From contig OZ220744.1 of the NCBI GenBank assembly GCA_965116925.1, positions 5,120,001 to 5,184,000 on the forward strand: a stretch of 64,000 nucleotides of DNA, in the 5' to 3' direction. This stretch comes from Candidatus Poribacteria bacterium (GTDB lineage: Bacteria; Poribacteria; WGA-4E; PCPOR2b). The notes beneath the pieces were generated by a model. It searched no databases. It was not told the DNA's origin and was given only the letters and a program-made list of their open reading frames with translations. Made by a program: the position numbers and the translations under genes. Shown piece by piece: positions 1 through 11,227 of the stretch (position 1 is the stretch's first letter; each line of letters starts with the position of its first letter).

Positions 1-3000
1 AAAGTAGGCTCACAAAAGTCTAAAAGGACTTCGTTGTCTAGTGCCTTGTCCAAACCGTGGTCCTGATCGATTTGACAATAGCGTCCGATTTCCGGTCCAA
101 CTTGAGGCTGGTAGAGAATCGGCGAAAGATCGATGCCCTTCGCTTTCCAGTGGTCAACTGCCTTTGTCGGCTCAAGTAGGTCGGTGCGACCGATCAGTTC
201 GTTGACAGTACGAACCCCCAACTGCGCCATGATTTCGCGCATATCCTCTGCAATGAAACGCATGAAATTCACGACGTGAGAGGGATCTCCCATGAATTTC
301 TCGCGCAGCTCTGGATTTTGCGTCGCCACGCCCACCGGACAGGTATCCAGATGGCACACACGCATCATAATACAACCGAGCGTCACCAGTGCTGTGGTTG
401 CAAAACCGAACTCCTCAGCACCCAACAGCGCAGCGACAATAACATCTCGACCGGTCTTGAGCTGCCCATCCGTTTCCACGATAATACGAGAACGCAGATT
501 ATTCAATACCAAGGTCTGATGCGTTTCCGCCACGCCAAGTTCCCAAGGTAAACCAGCGTGTTTAATGCTGGTCTGTGGAGAAGCCCCAGTGCCGCCATCA
601 AGTCCGCTAATCAGCACGACATCCGCATGTCCTTTGGCTACACCGGCAGCGATAGTACCAACACCGACCTCAGATACTAACTTAACGTTGATCCGTGCGT
701 GGTGGTTCGAGTTTTTCAGATCGTGGATGAGTTGGGCGAGGTCTTCAATCGAATAGATGTCGTGGTGCGGCGGCGGTGAAATCAGTTCTACCCCCGGCGT
801 TGAGTGCCGCACTGTGGCAATCCACGGGTAGACTTTTCTGCCGGGCAACTCACCCCCTTCGCCGGGCTTGGCACCTTGCGCCATTTTGATCTGAAGTTCC
901 TTCGCATTCACGAGGTAATTACTAGTAACGCCGAATCTACCGGAGGCGACCTGTTTAATCGCACTGTTTTTGGAGTCGCCGTTGGGTTCGAGAAAATACC
1001 GTGCCGGATCCTCTCCCCCTTCACCGGTATTGCTCTTTCCACCAATACGGTTCATTGCAATTGCCAATGCTTCGTGTGCTTCCTTGCTGATAGAGCCGTA
1101 GGACATCGCACCGCTCTTGAAACGCTTGCAGATTTCTTCAACCGGTTCTACCTCGTCGATCGGAATCGGTTCATTGGGGAACTTCAATTCCAAAAGCCCA
1201 CGCAGCGTCGCCATATTCTGAGAGTAATCATTAATCAACTTCGCGTAGTCTTTATAGACCTCGTAGTTATTGGTACGAGCAGCCAATTGCAGCTTATGAA
1301 TCGTGGCTGGATTAAACAGGTGATATTCGCCATCTTGTCGCCATTGGAAATGCCCGCCGACATCCAACGTGCGATTATCAACCGGAATTGCTGGGAAGGC
1401 TGCCCGGTGACGCATCAGGGCTTCGTGGGCGATAACATCAAGTCCAACCCCTTCCACGCGAGTCTCCGTCCAGGTAAAGTAACGATCAACAACCGCTTGC
1501 TTGATGCCGATGGCTTCAAAGATTTGCGCCCCTCGATACGACTTGATGGTTGAAATGCCCATCTTCGCCATCACCTTGACGACGCCTTTGGTAGCTGATT
1601 TGATGTATCCCTTGACCGCATCTTGATACTCGATATCCGTTAGTTGCCCTTCAGCAATCATGTCCGCTAGGCTCTCGAAAGCCATGTACGGATTAACCGC
1701 TTGGACCCCATACCCGGTGAGTAGACAGAAGTGATGCACTTCTCGCGGTTCACCCGATTCAAGCGCGATACCGACTTTTGTGCGTGTACCACACCGAATC
1801 AAATGGTGATGGAGTCCCGAAACGGCTAGCAGTGCGGGGATAGGTGCCGATTTTTCATCAACGCCACGGTCAGACAAGATGATAATGGTATAACCATCTT
1901 CAATCGCACGGTCAGCAGCTTCAAAGAGCTTGTCCATCGCTTGTTCAAGCCCCCCCTCTCCATCGGCGACATTGAATAAGATGGGAAGCGTCGTGGCTTT
2001 GAATCCCGGTAGATCAACACGGCGCAACTGCTCTAACTCCTCATCTGAGATGACTGGGGTGTCGAGGCCAATCTGACGGCAGCTCTCCGGTTCCGGCACG
2101 AGCAGGTTACGTTCGGGGCCTATTGTTGTTTCCGATGAAGTGATAATCTCTTCCTTGAGCGGATCCAACGGAGGATTGGTGACCTGTGCGAATAGCTGTT
2201 TGAAGTAGTTGTAGAGTAGCTGCGGTCGGTTAGAGAGGACCGCCAAGGAGGCATCGTTACCCATCGAGCCGACGGGGTCACGCCCAATTTTCGACATAGG
2301 TCCAAGAAAGATGCGCTGATCTTCAAATGTATACCCGAATGCCTGTTGACGTTGTAAAATCTTGTCGTGGTCTTTTGCGGGTTCCTTCGGTTCAACCGCC
2401 GGCAGATCTTTCAATGGGATGAGGTGTTCATCTAGCCACTGACCATACGGATGCTCAGAAGCAATTTCGTCCTTAGCTTCATCATCGCTGATGATGCGTC
2501 CCTCCTCCGTATCAATCAGAAGGATTCGACCCGGTTGGAGACGACCTTTAGAGACAACCCGTTCGGGGGGAATATCCAGCACCCCAGTTTCCGAAGCCAA
2601 CACAAGTATGTCATCATTTGTGATGTAATAGCGGGACGGACGGAAACCGTTACGGTCTAGGGATGCTCCAACAACTGTTCCATCGGTGAAAGCGATGGAG
2701 GCAGGACCGTCCCACGGCTCCATCAAGCAGCTATGATATTCATAAAATGCGCGCTTCTCTGCGCTCATGCTCTCGTGGTTTTCCCACGGTTCAGGAATCA
2801 TCATCATCACGGAGTGGGGGAGTGATCTACCAGAGAGCGCGAGAAATTCCAGACAGTTATCAAAGATAGCGGTATCACTCCCATCCTCGTCAAGGATGGG
2901 GAAAAGTTTCGGCAGGTCATCGCCGAACAATTCAGATGCTAGCATCGCCTGACGCGTTTTCATCCAGTTCTGGTTCCCGCGCACCGTATTGATTTCGCCG

Positions 3001-3770
3001 TTATGAATCATGTATCGGTACGGATGGGACCGCGCCCAACTTGGGAAGGTGTTCGTCGAAAATCGGGAGTGAAGCAGGACAATTGACGCCTCCAGCCGAG
3101 GGTCTTTCAGTTCGGGGTAAAATTCGGGGACCTGCATCGGGGTGAGCATCCCTTTATAGACTATCGTCCGGCTAGATAGGCTCGGAATGTAGAAATCTTC
3201 ATCTACTCCGCCGTACCGGATGATGTTGGAGGCGCGCTTCCGAATCACATACAGCTTGCGTTCAAAGGCGAGGTCATCTTTGATATTGGGATTTCTGCCG
3301 ATAAAAATCTGCCATACAGTAGGTTCAGAAGAGCGAGAAATCGGCCCCAGATGGAAATTATCGGTGGGAACTTCTCGCCAACCCAAAACCGTCTGTCCCT
3401 CTTCGACAACAATTTCCTCAAGTTTTTGCTGACAACGCTGAAGCAGCTCACCGTCCTCGGTATCGGTGAAAAACACCATGCCAACGCCGTACTGTTTTGG
3501 ATCAGGCAGATCAATTCCTACATCCTTGCAAGCATGTTGAAGAAAATTATGCGGAACCTGCATCAGAATGCCCGCTCCGTCGCCGGTATTTTCTTCGGCA
3601 CCGCGAGCACCCCGATGGTCAAGACAAACCAGCGCATCCAGTGCCTGACGCACGAGCGTATTCGATTTTTCACCTTTGATGTTGACAATAAAACCGATAC
3701 CACAGGCATCATGTTCGTAGGCGGGGTTATAAAGCCCTTGCTTTTTCGGAATACCAATCTTTCCTTTCAT
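1..3770 (-). CDS. gltB: Glutamate synthase large subunit (partial, runs off the window start)
   Basis: Minus strand from ATG at 3770 reads [33 protein letters not shown] (GATase Cys1 motif 'HDACG'). Later motifs include [33 protein letters not shown] and [19 protein letters not shown]. Absent from the ORF track because it has no stop in the window. Confidence 0.97.
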   Translation of the reverse strand, partial: MKGKIGIPKKQGLYNPAYEHDACGIGFIVNIKGEKSNTLVRQALDALVCLDHRGARGAEENTGDGAGILMQVPHNFLQHACKDVGIDLPDPKQYGVGMVFFTDTEDGELLQRCQQKLEEIVVEEGQTVLGWREVPTDNFHLGPISRSSEPTVWQIFIGRNPNIKDDLAFERKLYVIRKRASNIIRYGGVDEDFYIPSLSSRTIVYKGMLTPMQVPEFYPELKDPRLEASIVLLHSRFSTNTFPSWARSHPYRYMIHNGEINTVRGNQNWMKTRQAMLASELFGDDLPKLFPILDEDGSDTAIFDNCLEFLALSGRSLPHSVMMMIPEPWENHESMSAEKRAFYEYHSCLMEPWDGPASIAFTDGTVVGASLDRNGFRPSRYYITNDDILVLASETGVLDIPPERVVSKGRLQPGRILLIDTEEGRIISDDEAKDEIASEHPYGQWLDEHLIPLKDLPAVEPKEPAKDHDKILQRQQAFGYTFEDQRIFLGPMSKIGRDPVGSMGNDASLAVLSNRPQLLYNYFKQLFAQVTNPPLDPLKEEIITSSETTIGPERNLLVPEPESCRQIGLDTPVISDEELEQLRRVDLPGFKATTLPILFNVADGEGGLEQAMDKLFEAADRAIEDGYTIIILSDRGVDEKSAPIPALLAVSGLHHHLIRCGTRTKVGIALESGEPREVHHFCLLTGYGVQAVNPYMAFESLADMIAEGQLTDIEYQDAVKGYIKSATKGVVKVMAKMGISTIKSYRGAQIFEAIGIKQAVVDRYFTWTETRVEGVGLDVIAHEALMRHRAAFPAIPVDNRTLDVGGHFQWRQDGEYHLFNPATIHKLQLAARTNNYEVYKDYAKLINDYSQNMATLRGLLELKFPNEPIPIDEVEPVEEICKRFKSGAMSYGSISKEAHEALAIAMNRIGGKSNTGEGGEDPARYFLEPNGDSKNSAIKQVASGRFGVTSNYLVNAKELQIKMAQGAKPGEGGELPGRKVYPWIATVRHSTPGVELISPPPHHDIYSIEDLAQLIHDLKNSNHHARINVKLVSEVGVGTIAAGVAKGHADVVLISGLDGGTGASPQTSIKHAGLPWELGVAETHQTLVLNNLRSRIIVETDGQLKTGRDVIVAALLGAEEFGFATTALVTLGCIMMRVCHLDTCPVGVATQNPELREKFMGDPSHVVNFMRFIAEDMREIMAQLGVRTVNELIGRTDLLEPTKAVDHWKAKGIDLSPILYQPQVGPEIGRYCQIDQDHGLDKALDNEVLLDFCEPT

Positions 3771-4157
3771 GTTAGCCTTTCTTGTTCTACTACATTCCAA
3801 GAATCCATATCTCTTTGTTACTTTTGCTGCGGTTTTTGTTTACTTTCATCTCTGATTTTCTTCTACCCTGATAGTGCCCTGACCATATATCCCCGAATCA
3901 ATGAAAACACTTTTTCAGAATGGATCGGCAGACACAGGAGAATGTCCTAATAGTCCAAAACCTTAATGATTACTTGCTGAAACATTTCGATAAGATGAAG
4001 GTTCAGGAAGGGAAATCATTTGGTGGGAATCCGTGCGCTCACTCCGAGAACACCACATTCAATGGAAAACTGTGACAAATAGATAGACTTGTTATAATAC
4101 ATCACATAAGTGTGCATGTCAAGTAAATTTCCTTGACGCCCCTCCAAACAATTTTGA

Positions 4158-4186
4158 TTGACAATCTCACCCCAAACTTGCATAAT
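4158..4186 (+). promoter_or_regulatory. sigma70-type promoter for pdxJ
   Basis: TTGACA-17 bp-CATAAT upstream of the GGAGG RBS. Confidence 0.65.
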
Positions 4187-4221
4187 AAGGATCTTAAAAC
4201 TCGACATGGAGGAAGAAGGCA

Positions 4222-4947
4222 ATGATCAATCTGAGTGTGAACGTCAATAAGGTCGCAACACTAAGAAATTCCAGAGGCGAAGATGTCCCAAATGTCATTG
4301 AAGCGGTACAGACCTGCATCAATACAGGTGTGCAGGGGATTACGGTGCACCCACGAGAGGATCAACGACACATCAAACCCCACGATGTCTACGAAATTGC
4401 CGAGATGGTCACCGTCGAATATAACATTGAGGGCGACCCCCGACCTGACCTGTTGGATATGGTGATAGAGGTGCAGCCCGACCAGTGCACACTTGTTCCC
4501 GTCACGCCGGGCGAGGTGACCAGCGACCACGGTTGGGATCTAACGACGGAAGGTGAAGGACTCAAGCCGGTCATTCAACGGCTCAAGGATGCCGGCATCC
4601 GTGTCAGCCTATTCAGCGGCACAGACCTCCATCAGATCGAATTGGCGAAAGAGGTAGGGGCGGATCGGGTTGAATTCTATACCGCGCCTTATGCGTGGGC
4701 GAAAACGGAGCAGGAGATTGCACACGAATTTGGGTTGCTCGTCCAAGCCGCTGAAAAGGCGGTCAGCTTGGGTCTTGGCATCAATGCGGGGCATGATCTC
4801 AATCTGGAAAATCTGCCGCGCATGAGAAATCTCCCCGGCTTACTTGAGGTTTCAATCGGTCATCACCTGATGGCACACGCCCTTTATGTCGGGCTTGAGC
4901 AATCCGTCAAGGACTACCGAGCCGCATTGGGTCAGGATGTGGCATGA
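4222..4947 (+). CDS. pdxJ: Pyridoxine 5'-phosphate synthase
   Basis: LSVNVNKVATLRNSRG, GITVHPREDQRHI, NAGHDLN and EVSIGH motifs. Confidence 0.96.
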   Translation: MINLSVNVNKVATLRNSRGEDVPNVIEAVQTCINTGVQGITVHPREDQRHIKPHDVYEIAEMVTVEYNIEGDPRPDLLDMVIEVQPDQCTLVPVTPGEVTSDHGWDLTTEGEGLKPVIQRLKDAGIRVSLFSGTDLHQIELAKEVGADRVEFYTAPYAWAKTEQEIAHEFGLLVQAAEKAVSLGLGINAGHDLNLENLPRMRNLPGLLEVSIGHHLMAHALYVGLEQSVKDYRAALGQDVA

Positions 4948-5102
4948 CCATGTTTTATCGAATGGTAAATTGCTGGTAAGGGTTAAAGAGGTTGGACGAG
5001 AATATCCAAACGGTATCGGAATAAGAAACGATACATCCCGAAATCCTATGAATCCTGATTCAGACGAATACAGAGATGAACAGTACCCATGACAAATCTT
5101 TT

Positions 5103-5149
5103 TGAATCCGTGTAATCCTTTAATCCGCTTAATCCGCGATTCAGACAAT
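5103..5149 (+). repeat. AATCC-based short repeat ending GATTCAGACAAT (copy upstream of the antitoxin)
   Basis: TTGAATCCGTGTAATCCTTTAATCCGC[TTAATCCGC]GATTCAGACAAT; near-identical copy at 5492-5530 and a degenerate copy at ~5041-5065. Confidence 0.85.
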
Positions 5150-5176
5150 GAGGAAATCGCCATTGTGGAAAATTGA

Positions 5177-5485
5177 ATGAATAACTATAGAAACTTCAAA
5201 GACTATCACATTGAACAACTACGCGATCCAGAGGACGCAAAAATATATCTTTCTGTGGCACTTGAAGATTACGGGAAAAACGAGGATATAGAAGCGTTTT
5301 TACTTGCCATAAGAGATGTCGCGGAAGCGCAAGGCGGCATGTCTGAGTTAGCTGAACGCGTCAATCTAACCCGTGCAGGACTTTATAAAGCCCTTTCAGA
5401 AAATGGGAATCCACAGCTAAACACGATGAGCAAAATACTGCATGGATTGGGATTGAAATTTTCGATTGAAGCACGAGAAGACTGA
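5177..5485 (+). CDS. Addiction-module antidote protein (XRE/HTH antitoxin), orphan
   Basis: FLLAIRDVAEAQGGMSELAE..LTRAGLYKALSENGNPQLNTM..IL..LGL is typical of the addiction module antidote family. Confidence 0.88.
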   Translation: MNNYRNFKDYHIEQLRDPEDAKIYLSVALEDYGKNEDIEAFLLAIRDVAEAQGGMSELAERVNLTRAGLYKALSENGNPQLNTMSKILHGLGLKFSIEARED

Positions 5486-5491
5486 TTGCGT

Positions 5492-5530
5492 TTGAATCCG
5501 TGTAATCCTTTAATCCGCGATTCAGACAAT
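5492..5530 (+). repeat. AATCC-based short repeat (copy downstream of the antitoxin)
   Basis: TTGAATCCGTGTAATCCTTTAATCCGCGATTCAGACAAT. Confidence 0.85.
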
Positions 5531-5565
5531 TAACGGAGTCCCTCAATCCAAACAAGGAGAACTCG

Positions 5566-6846
5566 ATGAGAATTTTAGTTGTTGGGAGTGGTGCCAGAGA
5601 ACACACGTTTGTCTGGAAGATTGTACAAAGTCCGCTTGTTGAAAAGGTGTACTGTGTGCCGGGGAATCCGGGTATCGCCCAAATCGCCGAATGCCGATCC
5701 ATTCCCCTAGAGGACAACTTCTCGGCAATTGCGGACTTTGCAGAAACAGAAAAGATAGACCTGACCGTCGTTGGTCCCGAAGATCCATTGGCGAAAGGCA
5801 TCGTTGATGCCTTCCAAGCACGAGGACTCCGAGCATTCGGACCAGATCGAAAAGCCGCGATCCTCGAAGCGAGCAAAGATTTCGCGAAACAGTTGATGGC
5901 GCAAAATGACATTCCCACCGCCGCATATCGCACATTTGAGAAGGCGGACGCAGCAATCGCTTACCTCAAAGAGATTAACGCGCCGGTCTTTATCAAAGCG
6001 GACGGGTTGGCTGCAGGGAAAGGCGTAATTCCGGGACTAACGCTTGATGCCGCCGTTAAAGCGGTTCAGGAAGTCATGGTCGATCGGAACTTCGGAAGTG
6101 CCGGAGACAAGGTGGTAATTGAGGAGGCACTGTTCGGGGAAGAAGCGAGTTTCACCGTCTTAACAGATGGTGTATCCTGTCTCCCCTTTGTGAGTTCGCA
6201 AGACCACAAAATGTCATTGGATGGTGACAAAGGCAAGAACACCGGGGGAATGGGCGCGTACTCACCGGCACCGGTCATGACACCTGAACTCAGCGAGCAG
6301 GTGATGAATACAATCGTGCGGCCCGCTATCAGCGCGATGGCATCGGAGGGACGCACCTTCAAAGGCATTTTGTATGTCGGATTGATGATTACTGACACCG
6401 GCCCAAAAGTAATCGAGTTTAACTGTCGGCTTGGCGACCCCGAAGCACAGGTGTTATTAACTCGCATGGAGAGCGACCTTGTGCCGATGCTGGACGCCTG
6501 CATTGATGGAACCTTGGACAAGGTTGAATGTAAATGGAAATCCGAAGCGGCGACGTGTGTAGTGATGGCGTCAGGCGGGTATCCGGACCCCTACGAAACG
6601 GGCAAAGTGATTACCGGGCTAGGCCGAGCCAACGCGCTGGAGAACGTAACAGTCTTTCACGCAGGAACTCAGATGCAAAACGGAGACATCGCCACGGGCG
6701 GTGGCAGGGTCCTCGGTGTCACCGCACTCGCCCGCGACATCAAATCGGCGATCGAAGGCGCATACCGTGGGGTAGACGAAATCCACTTCGATCAAGCCCA
6801 CTTTCGGACTGACATCGGATACCGGGCGTTAGACCGTGCTTCATAG
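5566..6846 (+). CDS. purD: Phosphoribosylamine-glycine ligase
   Basis: MRILVVGSGAREH, IKADGLAAGKGV, QDHK..GKNTGGMGAYSP, EFNCRLGDPE and GGRVLGV motifs. Confidence 0.97.
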   Translation: MRILVVGSGAREHTFVWKIVQSPLVEKVYCVPGNPGIAQIAECRSIPLEDNFSAIADFAETEKIDLTVVGPEDPLAKGIVDAFQARGLRAFGPDRKAAILEASKDFAKQLMAQNDIPTAAYRTFEKADAAIAYLKEINAPVFIKADGLAAGKGVIPGLTLDAAVKAVQEVMVDRNFGSAGDKVVIEEALFGEEASFTVLTDGVSCLPFVSSQDHKMSLDGDKGKNTGGMGAYSPAPVMTPELSEQVMNTIVRPAISAMASEGRTFKGILYVGLMITDTGPKVIEFNCRLGDPEAQVLLTRMESDLVPMLDACIDGTLDKVECKWKSEAATCVVMASGGYPDPYETGKVITGLGRANALENVTVFHAGTQMQNGDIATGGGRVLGVTALARDIKSAIEGAYRGVDEIHFDQAHFRTDIGYRALDRAS

Positions 6847-6855
6847 ATAATGGGA

Positions 6856-6957
6856 AACGCAGCCAACTGTAGGCGGGGCATCTGGTTTTCCCGCGTCAAC
6901 TGTGCTGAAATGCCTAAGTCCTAAGATAGTAGGGAACGCAGATCTGCGTTCCCTATA
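6856..6957. repeat. Partial family-A MITE right end plus GTAG REP-like hairpins
   Basis: ...TGCCTAAGTCCT end at 6922 (cf. 29719-29729); GTAGGGAACGCAGATCTGCGTTCCCTA palindrome, also at 19545 and 23884. Confidence 0.75.
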
Positions 6958-6968
6958 GGTGAGCAGCC

Positions 6969-7691
6969 GTGCCAACCTCCGAATTTCAATTTCTTGGCAT
7001 TCCTCATATCGTCGCGCTAGCCCTAACAATCGCGCTGCCCATCGTACTATCAGTACTAGTGCGGAAAGTGGATTCATCTGTCCTGACGAATGTGGTCTGC
7101 TACCTTTTGGCTGCGACACTAATTGTCAATGAAATTGGAGTTTGGATTTACCGCGCGGCGACGGTGCAATCGTTCAGTATCTTTGCACAGAACCACCTAC
7201 CCCTTCACATCTGCGGGGTTGCACTCTTTGTCGTAGCGTTTACACTGTTGCGTCGGAACCAGACTCTTTATGAAATCGGTTATTTCTGGGGGATTGTCGG
7301 CACATTAAACGCTGTTCTCACACCGCAACTGGAGGTCGATTTTCCGCACTACCGTTTTTTTCAATATTTTATTGTGCACGGTGGTATTGTCGCTAGTGTG
7401 CTGTTTGCGACGTGGGGGTTGAGAATGCGCCCTACCTTCAAAGGCTTATTGCGTTCATTCCTGCTTGCCAATCTTTATATGGTGGTTATCGCAGGCGTCA
7501 ATCTGCTGCTGAAATCCAACTACATGTTCATTTGCAATCCACCGCATACAAAATCCCCTTTCTTCTTCGCACCTTGGCCTTGGTACATACCCATTTTAGA
7601 TGCGGTAGCTTTTGCCCTTTTCTTTCTTGTTTACTTCCCTTTCTTAATTGGCGATTGGCTGAAATCCCTTTCTCCAAAAAACAATCATTAG
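6969..7691 (+). CDS. YwaF/TIGR02206-like integral membrane protein
   Basis: Multiple TM helices; LPLHICG, YFWGI.G...A.LTP, F.YF..H and NYMF motifs. Confidence 0.82.
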   Translation: MPTSEFQFLGIPHIVALALTIALPIVLSVLVRKVDSSVLTNVVCYLLAATLIVNEIGVWIYRAATVQSFSIFAQNHLPLHICGVALFVVAFTLLRRNQTLYEIGYFWGIVGTLNAVLTPQLEVDFPHYRFFQYFIVHGGIVASVLFATWGLRMRPTFKGLLRSFLLANLYMVVIAGVNLLLKSNYMFICNPPHTKSPFFFAPWPWYIPILDAVAFALFFLVYFPFLIGDWLKSLSPKNNH

Positions 7692-7821
7692 TGAAATCTA
7701 AAAATAAGTAGACATGTACCAATAGCTCCGACCTTCGCGCGATCTCAAAAGTCCCCCTGATAAGGGGGATTTAGGAGGTTGGCTGTGCATTGGAAGTGTC
7801 TAAATAATTCTAAAACCTACT
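7689..7821. mobile_element. Family-B (IS630-derived) MITE
   Basis: Ends TAGTGAAATCTAAAAATAA / TAATTCTAAAACCTACT; internal CCCCCTGATAAGGGGG hairpin; the left end supplies the TAG stop of the upstream gene. Confidence 0.75.
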
Positions 7822-7843
7822 CATGTATAAAAGGAACTAACGG

Positions 7844-9190
7844 ATGACACAGATAGAGCAGAAAAATCAGCACAATACTACAGATGGTCCCCAGATTTTC
7901 GGTTGGTGTATGTATGACTGGGCAAATTCCGCCTATGTTACCACAGTGGTGGCTGGGGTACTACCAATTTATTTCGCTACTGCGATTGTGGGCAAAGCCG
8001 GTGTCCAGATCGGTAACACCGTTGTTAGCGCAGATGCTCTCTGGGCATATCTGGTCAGTGCTTCAGCGATGTTCGTATTTCTGTTTGCTCCCGTTCTCGG
8101 CGCTATATCAGACTTCTCTTCATCCAAGAAAAAGTTCCTGATCACATTTGCCTATACAGGCAGCATCTGTGCAACGCTGCTCTACTTCTGTCAATCTGGA
8201 GATGTATGGCGAACCGCCACCCTATTTCTGATCGCACAGATTGGGTATGTAGGAGCGAATGTTTTCTACGATGCGTTTCTGCCTCAGATCGCCTCCGAAG
8301 ATAAGATAGATTGGGTATCCAGCAAAGGGTTTTCCTACGGGTACATCGGCGGTGGATCGCAATTTGCTATTGCGTTGGGATTGGTCGCCGGCGGCGGAAT
8401 CATCGGGATTGGTCAAGGACTCGCAGCCCGCATTGGGATGGGGATGGCAGGCTTATGGTGGGCGGGGTTTACAATCTTTACGCTCAAAAATCTGAAAGAG
8501 GCGGGAGCGATAGAGGAGATGCCAGAAAAGTACCAATCGCAACCGAAGATAGTCGCTTATGTCGCCATTGGCATAACGCGAACCCTCGCAACGATTAAAA
8601 AGGTAAGACGCTTCAAACATCTACTGCTGTTCTTAATCGCTTTCATGATCTATAACGATGGCGTTCAGACAGTCATCAGTATGGCAACGATTTATGGGAC
8701 TGAAGAATTGGGATTTTCTGCAACGGTCTTAATGGTCACGTTGCTGATGATTCAGATTATCGCTGCCGGTGGTGCCTTGCTATTCGGTAAAATCGCCGGT
8801 AGGATCGGTGCGAAACGGGCTTTGATGCTAGCGTTACTCCTCTGGAGCGGGGTTGTCACCTATGCCTATTTCCTGCATACCGTTACAGAATTTTTCATCT
8901 TAGGTGTCGTTGTAGGGATTGTGCTCGGCGGTTCGCAGGCACTCAGTCGTTCTTTTTACGGTGCGATGATTCCCGAAGAAGCCTCCGCTGAGTTTTACGG
9001 GTTTTATTCCGTTTTCAGTAAGTTCTCGGCGATTTGGGGCCCCTTGGTATTTGCCATCATACGCCAAATTACCGGAACGCCACGATTGGCTATCATTTCA
9101 TTGATAGTCTTCTTCATTGTGGGGTTGATTCTGCTCGCCTTTGTGGATGAGGAGAAAGCCAAAGAAGCCAAACGCTCCGGGGCGTTCTAG
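7844..9190 (+). CDS. MFS transporter (Atg22/UMF1/BtlA-like)
   Basis: WCMYDWANSAY, NVFYDAFLP, YNDGVQT and GGSQALSRS motifs; ~12 TM helices. Confidence 0.9.
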   Translation: MTQIEQKNQHNTTDGPQIFGWCMYDWANSAYVTTVVAGVLPIYFATAIVGKAGVQIGNTVVSADALWAYLVSASAMFVFLFAPVLGAISDFSSSKKKFLITFAYTGSICATLLYFCQSGDVWRTATLFLIAQIGYVGANVFYDAFLPQIASEDKIDWVSSKGFSYGYIGGGSQFAIALGLVAGGGIIGIGQGLAARIGMGMAGLWWAGFTIFTLKNLKEAGAIEEMPEKYQSQPKIVAYVAIGITRTLATIKKVRRFKHLLLFLIAFMIYNDGVQTVISMATIYGTEELGFSATVLMVTLLMIQIIAAGGALLFGKIAGRIGAKRALMLALLLWSGVVTYAYFLHTVTEFFILGVVVGIVLGGSQALSRSFYGAMIPEEASAEFYGFYSVFSKFSAIWGPLVFAIIRQITGTPRLAIISLIVFFIVGLILLAFVDEEKAKEAKRSGAF

Positions 9191-9253
9191 ACGCTTATTG
9201 ATCTCCTGTTGTATAAATTCAATTAGAACCATGAAACCGGTAAGTGCGGTTTG

Positions 9254-9370
9254 ATGAAGTTTAAGTATTTAAATCGGTAATCCCTATTTTCCTCGAAACA
9301 TACGGTAGGCGCGGTTGAAAACCGCGCCGGCGTCGCTAGCAAATTACCGAACTGTTTTTTTAATTTTCAT
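9254..9370. mobile_element. Family-C MITE inserted in the centre of a REP-like palindrome
   Basis: Ends ATGAAGTTTAA / TTAATTTTCAT; near-identical to 47036-47152 and similar to 30024-30140; flanks GCGGTTTG|GCAACCGC. Confidence 0.85.
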
Positions 9371-9626
9371 GCAACCGCACCGGACATTGCGCCGAAGTTA
9401 CCGAATTCATATTTTAATCTTCATAACGTTTGTGCCACAAAAAAGAGATATTTATTATGTAAAATGGTATAAGAATCCCAATGTTTTAACATTAGGAGCG
9501 GTCAAAGGAGGCTAACGTTGGCACTTTAGTTAATCGGAGGGCGGGAATCAAAATTCCAGCCTACGGTTAGCTGGTTGTGCGTGTCACAGCAAATTATCAA
9601 ATTACGGAAGGAGATTCAATAACCGC

Positions 9627-10805
9627 ATGAACTACATAAGAAAAATCACGCTTTTAGCTGTTTTTGTGCTTCTCATTGCAGGGCTTAGTGCCTGTGATGA
9701 GTTGGTTTCGATTCTCTCCGATGATAGAGAGATGCCAGTCCAGATACCCGACGAGATTCGGGTCGGGATTGTCTTGCCCTTTTCAGGAAAATATGTCGAA
9801 TCGCCGGACGATCCGCTCGTGCAACTCTACCTCAACGGGTTTTTGATGGCGGGAGATGAAATTAACGCGGCACAGCTCGCACCAACCCGTCTTAGATTCA
9901 TCATTGAGGACGATCAGAGCACGATTGAAGGTGCCATAGCAGCGTACAATAAGTTAATTCATGAAGATGGGGTCGCCGCTATCTTGGGGCCCGCCAGTTC
10001 AACCCAAGTGGAAATGGCGTTCCCTGTTGCGGAAGAAAACCAGCGGGTGGCTATCGCTGCGTCGTCCGCCGCGCAGGGTTTGAGTGCGATAGGGGATTAT
10101 GTGTTCAGGGTCAACCAGCCGGTGGACACACTCATACCCCGCGGTGTGCGGCTCACCCATGAAAGACTGAAGTATCAGCGCGTTGCCAAACTTGCCACGA
10201 GCGATGATGTTTACTCAACGAGTGCTGATACGCTCTTTGCCGAATCGCTTGATGCGCTCGGTGTTGAGGTCTTGACTACCGAAACGTTCCTATTCCGCTC
10301 TGGCGATTATATCGAGCCACTCACACAGATAAAGGCACTCTCTCCGGATGCGATCATGGTCTCGGCGCAACCTACAGATATGCCAGACATTATGGTTCAG
10401 GCGCGTCAGGTCGGCATCGGGACAGATGTGCCGATAATTATGCCGTTGCTCAGTTCGACCGAGGTGCAGAAAGCGGGAGACGCCGCTGAAGGTATCATTA
10501 CTTTTGCCGCATGGTCTATTGAGGCGGATACGCCCAAGAACAAGACGTTTATTCGCAACTTCCGCACAAAATACGGATCAGACCCTAACCAGTTCAGCGC
10601 GTTGGCTTACACATCGGTTTACCTCTTGAGCGGAGCGATCTCCAACGCCGGGTCAATCGAATCGGAGGCCCTCCGTGATGCGCTCGCTGATACAAAGGAT
10701 TTTGATACGGTGTTGGGCAGCTTCTCCTTTGACACGGTGGGCGATGCGGTTTACGATCCGGTCATGTTGATTGTGCGTGATGGCGTATTGGAGACATTTG
10801 AATAA
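9627..10805 (+). CDS. Branched-chain amino acid-type ABC substrate-binding lipoprotein (LivJ-like)
   Basis: Lipobox LSAC; IRVGIVLPFSG, IIEDDQS, ILGPASS, DYVFRV and G.FSFD..GD motifs; no permease/ATPase partner adjacent. Confidence 0.9.
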   Translation: MNYIRKITLLAVFVLLIAGLSACDELVSILSDDREMPVQIPDEIRVGIVLPFSGKYVESPDDPLVQLYLNGFLMAGDEINAAQLAPTRLRFIIEDDQSTIEGAIAAYNKLIHEDGVAAILGPASSTQVEMAFPVAEENQRVAIAASSAAQGLSAIGDYVFRVNQPVDTLIPRGVRLTHERLKYQRVAKLATSDDVYSTSADTLFAESLDALGVEVLTTETFLFRSGDYIEPLTQIKALSPDAIMVSAQPTDMPDIMVQARQVGIGTDVPIIMPLLSSTEVQKAGDAAEGIITFAAWSIEADTPKNKTFIRNFRTKYGSDPNQFSALAYTSVYLLSGAISNAGSIESEALRDALADTKDFDTVLGSFSFDTVGDAVYDPVMLIVRDGVLETFE

Positions 10806-10806
10806 C

Positions 10807-10888
10807 AGGACTTACGCACTCCAGATTGTAGTTGCCCGATTCATCGGGCGTCCGTTCCGAGACCAGGGTTGGTAACGGTGTCCAGCGA
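10807..10888. mobile_element. Truncated family-A MITE (left end)
   Basis: AGGACTTACGCACTCCAGATTGTAGTTGCCCGATTCATCGGGCG...TTGGTAACGGTGTCCAGCG, repeated at 13118. Confidence 0.8.
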
Positions 10889-11044
10889 TATCTACCTACG
10901 CACCCCCCTCAAATAAGTGACATTCCCCCGCGTGGTCGAGCAGAGAGATTTGTTACGGCACAGCACCCAACGGGTTGGGGGTAAGTTCATACCACCTGTT
11001 GATCTATTTTATTGCGTTTTTAAGTTGCTTCAAGCACTCAACCA

Positions 11045-11081
11045 CAAAAAAGCCCCACGGAAGACATTCCACGGGGCTTTT
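11045..11081 (-). terminator. Intrinsic terminator (probably bidirectional)
   Basis: AAAAAAGCCCC-...-GGGGCTTTT stem with T-tracts on both strands. Confidence 0.7.
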
Positions 11082-11193
11082 TACATCCTAACAACCTGCC
11101 AAGCTAAAACTCAAGTTTATCCCACCGTTCTCTAAACTCCTCCTGCTGAAATAGAACAATCACTCTTAAAAAAATATAATAATAAAAAAAGTA

Positions 11194-11222
11194 TTGACAG
11201 CATTCTAAATATAATATAGGAT
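11194..11222 (+). promoter_or_regulatory. sigma70-type promoter of the structured leader
   Basis: TTGACA-17 bp-TAGGAT after an A-rich UP-like tract. Confidence 0.55.
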
Positions 11223-11227
11223 AGGAT

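Noticed and set aside
276..3950. Plus-strand ORFs such as 804-1553 and 3351-3950
   Set aside because: Antisense shadows of gltB.
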